NCBI GenBank assembly: GCA_015256915.3
Contig: CP076101.2
Span: 390,001-422,000, forward strand
Direction of reading: 5' to 3'
Length of the DNA stretch: 32,000 nucleotides
Source: Candidatus Saccharimonas sp.
GTDB taxonomy: Bacteria; Patescibacteriota; Saccharimonadia; Saccharimonadales; Saccharimonadaceae
Positions within the stretch are counted from its first letter, which is position 1; each line of letters begins with the position of its first letter. Made by a program: the position numbers and the translations under genes. Positions 26,530 through 32,000 of the stretch are shown here, in pieces. Below the pieces are notes generated by a model, which saw nothing but the letters and a program-made list of their open reading frames with translations, searched no databases and had not been told where the DNA came from.

Positions 26530-27177
26530 TTAAATTGCCCCTTTTCGGTTAATCTCGGCTTCCATCTGTTTATAGCTTTGTTCAGGATTTTGTGAATTCA
26601 TAATTGCTGATCCAACATTTACAACATCAACACCAGATTGTGTTAAATTGAAAACATTCGAAAGATTAGCTCCGCCATCCCATCCAATCTCAACATTACT
26701 ATTAATCTCTTTAATTAAGCGAATTTTCTCTAGTTGCATCATACTTGCACGACCACCCATTTCGCCCAAATTTCCGCTAAAAATCAAGATATGCTCAGCT
26801 GCCTGAATTGCGGGCGCGACAGTTTCTGGAACAGTTGAACGAAGCAAAGCTAAACCAGGTTTAATCATCGTTTCATTTTTAAGCCTTTCGAAAATTGGCA
26901 CCAAATCTTCCTCAACTTCAGCATGAAAAATTACCATATTTGGATTAAGCTGAATAATTGTATCAATATGTTCGCTTGGGCGAGCAACCATCATATGAAT
27001 ATCAACCTTCCATTCTTGAGGCCACCAAATTTGCGTTTCGGACAATGTTAAATTAGGAGCAAAATTACCATCCGTTACATCAATATGAACTCTTTCTGCA
27101 AAAGGAAAAATTGCCTCAACTTGAGCTTTATATTCATCTGGATTAGTTGCTAAAATTGCTGGTACTATTATTGACAT
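26530..27177 (-). CDS. rpe: Ribulose-phosphate 3-epimerase family protein
   Basis: 215 aa. VHIDVTDGNFAPN (the canonical form is HxDxMDGxFVPN), DIHMMV, and GWDGG near the C-terminus. Confidence 0.8.
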   Translation of the reverse strand: MSIIVPAILATNPDEYKAQVEAIFPFAERVHIDVTDGNFAPNLTLSETQIWWPQEWKVDIHMMVARPSEHIDTIIQLNPNMVIFHAEVEEDLVPIFERLKNETMIKPGLALLRSTVPETVAPAIQAAEHILIFSGNLGEMGGRASMMQLEKIRLIKEINSNVEIGWDGGANLSNVFNLTQSGVDVVNVGSAIMNSQNPEQSYKQMEAEINRKGAI

Positions 27178-27633
27178 CTATACCTCATCAATCTGTTTAT
27201 TTCTTCTTACAAATCTTGGAGCAGCTGCAAATGGAGTTTTCAACCAAACATCAACTGTTTCTTTCCACTTAGCTTCAGCTTCATCTTTATCGAAAACGCG
27301 GGCCGGTAAACAAATTATATTACTGTCATTGTCATTGCGGGTCCACTTAGCTTCTTCTGGTTCCCAAACAACAGATGCACGAATACCTTTAAAACGATTT
27401 GCAGCCATTCCCATTCCTTGAGCGCCACCACAAATCAAAATCGCTCTTGGATCATATTTTTCATTGGCTCGTATTTTCGAAACCGCTACGCGAGCGAATT
27501 CAGGAAAATCATCATTTGGGTCATATTCAAAACCACCAATATCTTCAACATCGTATCCGCCCTCTTTTAAGTATTTAAAAACTTTCTCTTTTAAGTAAAA
27601 ACCTCTATGGTCTGCGCCAAGAAAAATCTTCAT
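27178..27633 (-). CDS. rpiB: Ribose-5-phosphate isomerase B (RpiB/LacAB family)
   Basis: 151 aa. GADHRGF and ILICGGAQGMGMAANRFKGIRA. AAGGAG SD. Confidence 0.88.
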   Translation of the reverse strand: MKIFLGADHRGFYLKEKVFKYLKEGGYDVEDIGGFEYDPNDDFPEFARVAVSKIRANEKYDPRAILICGGAQGMGMAANRFKGIRASVVWEPEEAKWTRNDNDSNIICLPARVFDKDEAEAKWKETVDVWLKTPFAAAPRFVRRNKQIDEV

Positions 27634-27641
27634 TTCGCTCC

Positions 27642-28691
<1,050 letters not shown>

Positions 28692-28723
28692 TAAACGCTT
28701 TCAAAAATCCAGATTTAAAATCG

Positions 28724-28752
28724 TTGACTTTTGATTAAGCTTATGCTAGCAT
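28724..28752 (+). promoter_or_regulatory. Putative promoter of the Trp-rich secreted protein cassette
   Basis: TTGACT (28724-28729) - 17 nt - TAGCAT (28747-28752). Confidence 0.45.
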
Positions 28753-28755
28753 TGT

Positions 28756-28780
28756 TTTGTTGATATAAAAAATCAACAAA
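28756..28780 (+). promoter_or_regulatory. Operator-like perfect inverted repeat overlapping the predicted transcription start
   Basis: TTTGTTGAT (28756-28764) - 7 nt - ATCAACAAA (28772-28780), placed between the -10 box and the AGGAGG SD. Confidence 0.45.
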
Positions 28781-28806
28781 TAGTACATTTCAAGGAGGAT
28801 TCAAAA

Positions 28807-29193
28807 ATGGATCTTAAGAAAACCGTAGCTTATAGCTTAATTGCAGCAGGTGTTGCTGGAGTTTTAGCTTTTTCCTCAACCAAAGAAGTTCATGCCTCAA
28901 GTGGAACCGTCTATATGCAAGAAGGCAACAAAATGACCGGTATGTGGGTTCATGTTGAGGGTGGTAGGTCTGGCTGGGCTTATTGGCGTCATAAGTTTGG
29001 AAACCAATATGAGTGGAGATATGACACTCAAGGTAAAAAATGGAAAGCCGATGTAGGTGTAAATGGCACACTTCAATCATGGGCTATAAATGCCCGTGGT
29101 TTCAACTGGACATATCGGCAAGGCGACAATATACCAATATGGGTAAATCAGGGAGGTCATTACGGCTGGAGAACGGTTCTTCCTCGCTCCTAA
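28807..29193 (+). CDS. Small secreted Trp/Gly-rich protein of unknown function
   Basis: 128 aa. Sec-type signal peptide (KK, hydrophobic core LIAAGVAGVLAF, VHA/SS cleavage context). The mature ~97 aa contain 9 Trp. AGGAGG SD. Confidence 0.65.
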   Translation: MDLKKTVAYSLIAAGVAGVLAFSSTKEVHASSGTVYMQEGNKMTGMWVHVEGGRSGWAYWRHKFGNQYEWRYDTQGKKWKADVGVNGTLQSWAINARGFNWTYRQGDNIPIWVNQGGHYGWRTVLPRS

Positions 29194-29248
29194 CAAAATA
29201 GTCCTGAGTAAGACTTAAAATTACTCATTTTAACATAAAGGAGAATAT

Positions 29249-29440
29249 ATGAAAAAGCCACAAAGTAAAAAAGATATTGTAATTATTTCATCAATAATGT
29301 TAGCTTTTATATGGTTAACTATATTAACTGGATTATTTATTTGGCACTACAAAGGCTCTGAAGAAAATTATTGGAATACAATGGTTGAAGTACATAGTAA
29401 TAGAGATAAAATAATAAAACTTGAAGAAAAAAATAAGTAA
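29249..29440 (+). CDS. Small single-pass membrane protein co-oriented with the secreted protein
   Basis: 63 aa. KKPQSKKD, then the TM segment IVIISSIMLAFIWLTILTGLFIW, then a charged tail. AAGGAG SD. Confidence 0.55.
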   Translation: MKKPQSKKDIVIISSIMLAFIWLTILTGLFIWHYKGSEENYWNTMVEVHSNRDKIIKLEEKNK

Positions 29441-29451
29441 AAATCTTTAGC

Positions 29452-29482
29452 AAAAAAGACATTCGCCTGAATGTCTTTTTAT
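29452..29482. terminator. Bidirectional terminator between the cassette and rel
   Basis: AGACATTC (29457-29464) pairs with GAATGTCT (29469-29476) around the loop GCCT. An A-tract lies upstream and a T-run downstream. Confidence 0.75.
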
Positions 29483-29487
29483 TTTTT

Positions 29488-31044
29488 CTATTTCTCGTTG
29501 GATTTTCTTGCTTTAATTGCCTCTGCATTTTTAATCGGCTCTAAATCACCCCTTTGGCGAAGTTGTGAACGAAGCTTAATCCTTGCGTGCGAAGTTTTAA
29601 CTAATTCCAACCAATCAATTTTTGGCTCAGAATTTTTTCGCGTCAAAACCTCGACAACATCACCTTTTTCAAGCGGCTTATCGAAAGCGTGAATTTTCTC
29701 ATTAACCCGAAAAGCATAAGCATGTTTACCGATATCGCTATGTACCATATAGGCAAAATCAAGCGGCAATGCGCCTTCTGGTAGATTATAAATATCACCT
29801 TTTGGTGAATAAACAAAAATTCTATCACCAAAAATATCAATCTGAAGCTGCTCTGGGTCAATCTCCTCACCATCTCTTAAGCGTTGCGCCACATCTTGGA
29901 GTTGAACAATCCACTGTAATTCGTTTGAAAGCCCGCCGTTGCCTTTAACTTCACTCCGCTTTTTCGAAGTAGCCCCAGAAATGTAATCTTTACTCGATTT
30001 CTGTTCATGATAATGGAAACTCGCCGCCAAACCGCGCTCGGCAAATTCATGCATGTCGCGAGTTCGAATTTGAAACTCCGCAATCAGTTTCGAAGGAGTA
30101 ATTACTGTTGTGTGAAGTGATTGATAGCCATTTGGCTTTGGCATTGAAATATAATCTTTGATTCGTTCAATCATCGGTTTATAAATCGAATGCAAAATCC
30201 CCAGAACACGATAGCAATCATCTTTCGAATTTACAATAATCCGCAGAGCCATCAAATCATAAACTCGGTCAATATCACCTTTTGTCTTTTTTAATTTTTT
30301 ATGAAGTGAATAAACACTTTTTACGCGGCCAGAAATTTCAAAATCTAAACCAGCCTTTTTCAATTCCTGTTCAACCTCTTCTCGAACTTTTCCTAGTTTT
30401 CGTGTGCTTTTACCAAGACGCTTTCGAATTTCATTTTCAAGCCGTTTATATTCTTTCGGGTTTAAATACAAAAAAGCTTGCTCTTCCATCTGCATTCGAA
30501 CTCGCCCCATTCCTAAACGATCGGCGATTCTTGCGAAAACATCCAAAGTTTCACGAGCGATTTTTTTCTGTTTTTCGGGCGACATATATTGCAAAGTTTG
30601 AACATTATGCAATCTATCAGCCAACTTAATAATAACCACTCGCACATCTTGCCCAACAGCAATCAATAATTTCGAAAGGTTGTCTTTAGTTTGAGGTAGA
30701 TAGGTTTCAAGATCACCCATTCCAGCACGTGCTTTACCAACTTTAGTTACACCGTCAACCAAAAACGCAATATCGTCATCAAAATTTTCAGCAATTTCAT
30801 CAAGGGGAGTTTCAGTATCTTCAACAACATCATGCAAAACACCAGCAATAATCGTGTCAATGTCCATCCCCCATTCAACCAAAAAACTCGCAACTTTCAA
30901 AGGGTGCGTTATATATTCTTCACCAGATTTTCGCATTTGGCCTTTATGTTTTTCGGTAGCAAATTCAATCGCTTTTTCTAGTCTTTTTATATCTTCCGCC
31001 GAATAAAACGGTTTTGCAATTCTCAAGAGTTCTGCCTTTTCCAT
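29488..31044 (-). CDS. rel: Short bifunctional-type RelA/SpoT homologue (HD hydrolase + synthetase + TGS; no C-terminal ACT/RRM region)
   Basis: 518 aa. HD motif HPLKVA...HDVVEDT, synthetase PKPNGYQSLHTTV, and TGS IFVYSPKGDIYNLPEGALPLDFAY. It ends ~60 aa after the TGS domain. Confidence 0.9.
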   Translation of the reverse strand: MEKAELLRIAKPFYSAEDIKRLEKAIEFATEKHKGQMRKSGEEYITHPLKVASFLVEWGMDIDTIIAGVLHDVVEDTETPLDEIAENFDDDIAFLVDGVTKVGKARAGMGDLETYLPQTKDNLSKLLIAVGQDVRVVIIKLADRLHNVQTLQYMSPEKQKKIARETLDVFARIADRLGMGRVRMQMEEQAFLYLNPKEYKRLENEIRKRLGKSTRKLGKVREEVEQELKKAGLDFEISGRVKSVYSLHKKLKKTKGDIDRVYDLMALRIIVNSKDDCYRVLGILHSIYKPMIERIKDYISMPKPNGYQSLHTTVITPSKLIAEFQIRTRDMHEFAERGLAASFHYHEQKSSKDYISGATSKKRSEVKGNGGLSNELQWIVQLQDVAQRLRDGEEIDPEQLQIDIFGDRIFVYSPKGDIYNLPEGALPLDFAYMVHSDIGKHAYAFRVNEKIHAFDKPLEKGDVVEVLTRKNSEPKIDWLELVKTSHARIKLRSQLRQRGDLEPIKNAEAIKARKSNEK

Positions 31045-31050
31045 ATATTA

Positions 31051-31078
31051 ATTATACACTTTTTTTGATAAAAGTAAA
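31051..31078 (-). promoter_or_regulatory. Putative rel promoter, leaderless configuration
   Basis: TTTACT (31078..31073) - 16 nt - TATAAT (31056..31051), then 6 nt before ATG 31044, with no SD. Confidence 0.45.
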
Positions 31079-31112
31079 GCTTTTACATTTTTAGCAGAAT
31101 TTCACTAAATAA

Positions 31113-31136
31113 AAACTGAGTATTTTTACTCAGTTT
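31113..31136 (-). terminator. Terminator downstream of ppa
   Basis: AAACTGAGTA (31113-31122) pairs with TACTCAGTTT (31127-31136) around the loop TTTT. T-rich sequence follows on the minus strand. Confidence 0.65.
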
Positions 31137-31151
31137 CCAATTTATTTATAA

Positions 31152-31682
31152 CTATTTTTCGTTCCAGCGAACAATCGATTCGGCAATAACTTCTTTTGCT
31201 TCTTCTATGTCGCCAAATTTCTCAACTTTTGTTGTGCCAGCTTTTTTCAAATCTTTGTAGTGATTAAAGTGAAATTCAATCTGTTTAATAAGTTGCTCTG
31301 GTAAATCAGCCAAAGTTTTATAAGCATTTCCAGTGTTACGGTCGTCGGCGGGAACGGCAATAATTTTGTCGTCAACTTCTCCATCATCAACGAATTTCAT
31401 TACACCTAAGATTCGTGCTTCTAGGAAAATTCCAGTTGTAAGTGGATCATTTGTAATAAGTAAAACATCAAGCTCATCGCCATCTTCATCCAAAGTTTGC
31501 GGAATAAAACCATAATTAGTTGGCTTTGCAAAAGCTTTTGGTTCCACGCGATCAAGTTGCATTACAGCCAAATCACGATTCCATTCAATTTTGTGAGTTG
31601 AGCCAGTTGGAATTTCCACCACAACATTAATAATTCCATTTTTATAATCACCAGGAGTTAAAATTTTATTAAAATCTGCCAT
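31152..31682 (-). CDS. ppa: Inorganic pyrophosphatase, family I
   Basis: The track ORF (TTG start at 31715) is trimmed to ATG 31682 (MADFNKIL), which has an AAGGA SD. Motifs DEDGDELDVLL and DDKIIAV. Confidence 0.88.
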   Translation of the reverse strand: MADFNKILTPGDYKNGIINVVVEIPTGSTHKIEWNRDLAVMQLDRVEPKAFAKPTNYGFIPQTLDEDGDELDVLLITNDPLTTGIFLEARILGVMKFVDDGEVDDKIIAVPADDRNTGNAYKTLADLPEQLIKQIEFHFNHYKDLKKAGTTKVEKFGDIEEAKEVIAESIVRWNEK

Positions 31683-31737
31683 ATTTTCCTTTCTTTTATT
31701 CTTTAATTTTAGCAAAAAAACTTTAAAAGTTCAACCG

Positions 31738-32000
31738 TTAATCACGATTAGCAAGCTTAACTAAACTATCTTCTACCGTTTTTTGAGTTCGATGGCGAGT
31801 TTGAGTTTTAGTTTTAGCTTTCGAATTCTGCTTAATATTTTTTGATTTTTTAGAAGATTCTTTCGTTTTTTTTCCGCCTGTTACATTTTTTAAAACTGGT
31901 GCTCGCCCTTTACTTTTTTGAGTCTCAACTTTCGAAACCTTAACACTAGCAGGTCGTGCAAACATCATCTTTCCTGCGGCAGTTTGAAGCGAACGAATAA
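31738..32000 (-). CDS. 3' end of an unidentified gene with a Lys-rich basic C-terminal tail (open to the right edge of the window)
   Basis: The frame stays open upstream of the track start (..IRSLQTAAGKMMFARPASVKV...). The tail is KSKGRAPVLKNVTGGKKTKESSKKSKNIKQNSKAKTKTQTRHR. Confidence 0.4.
   Translation of the reverse strand, partial: IRSLQTAAGKMMFARPASVKVSKVETQKSKGRAPVLKNVTGGKKTKESSKKSKNIKQNSKAKTKTQTRHRTQKTVEDSLVKLANRD

Noticed and set aside
28807-29193. Assigning the Trp-rich secreted protein to the lactococcin-972 bacteriocin family
   Set aside because: There is only a vague resemblance (a GG..GW.YW.H segment) recalled from memory, no alignment is possible here, and no adjacent ABC-type immunity transporter is present. 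It is kept only as something to test.
31683-31715. TTG-initiated 11-codon extension of ppa
   Set aside because: ATG 31682 (MADFNKIL) has an AAGGA SD at proper spacing and gives a normal-length family I pyrophosphatase. The extension is KN-rich with no signals.

Overview
A 32 kb, AT-rich (roughly mid-30s % GC by eye) bacterial chromosomal segment, densely packed with housekeeping genes that are almost all on the minus strand. Gene order by coordinate: nusA (partial), recG, rnj, [two orphan genes], COG0523 GTPase (+), pepN, phosphohexomutase, small membrane protein (+), class A PBP, tyrS (+), YtxH/DUF948-like pair, 124-aa ORF, gatB, HEPN-like membrane ORF, gatA, gatC, small membrane ORF, uvrB, LOG/TIGR00725-like, 150-aa ORF, pfkB kinase, rpe, rpiB, gap, [Trp-rich secreted protein + small membrane protein, both +], short rel, ppa, and a partial basic-tailed ORF. 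I found no rRNA, tRNA, CRISPR array, transposase or integrase. The gene set and style (short Rel, extended RNase J, pentose-phosphate/gap operon, tight TAATG coupling) suggest a reduced-genome Gram-positive-type or Patescibacteria/Saccharibacteria-like organism, but that is inference only. All product calls rest on motifs I can read in the translations; no searches were run. The main non-obvious signals are: (1) about nine-fold over-representation of the palindrome TTCGAA in all reading frames and in intergenic DNA; (2) two small motif-poor accessory cassettes with strong promoters of their own (5.5-7.4 kb and 28.7-29.5 kb); (3) a membrane-anchored HEPN-like (Rx4H) ORF and a further unknown ORF translationally coupled inside the gatCAB operon; (4) a gap-rpiB-rpe-pfkB-unknown-LOG operon that looks like a nucleotide/ribose salvage-to-glycolysis funnel; (5) a recurrent leaderless promoter architecture at first genes of operons.
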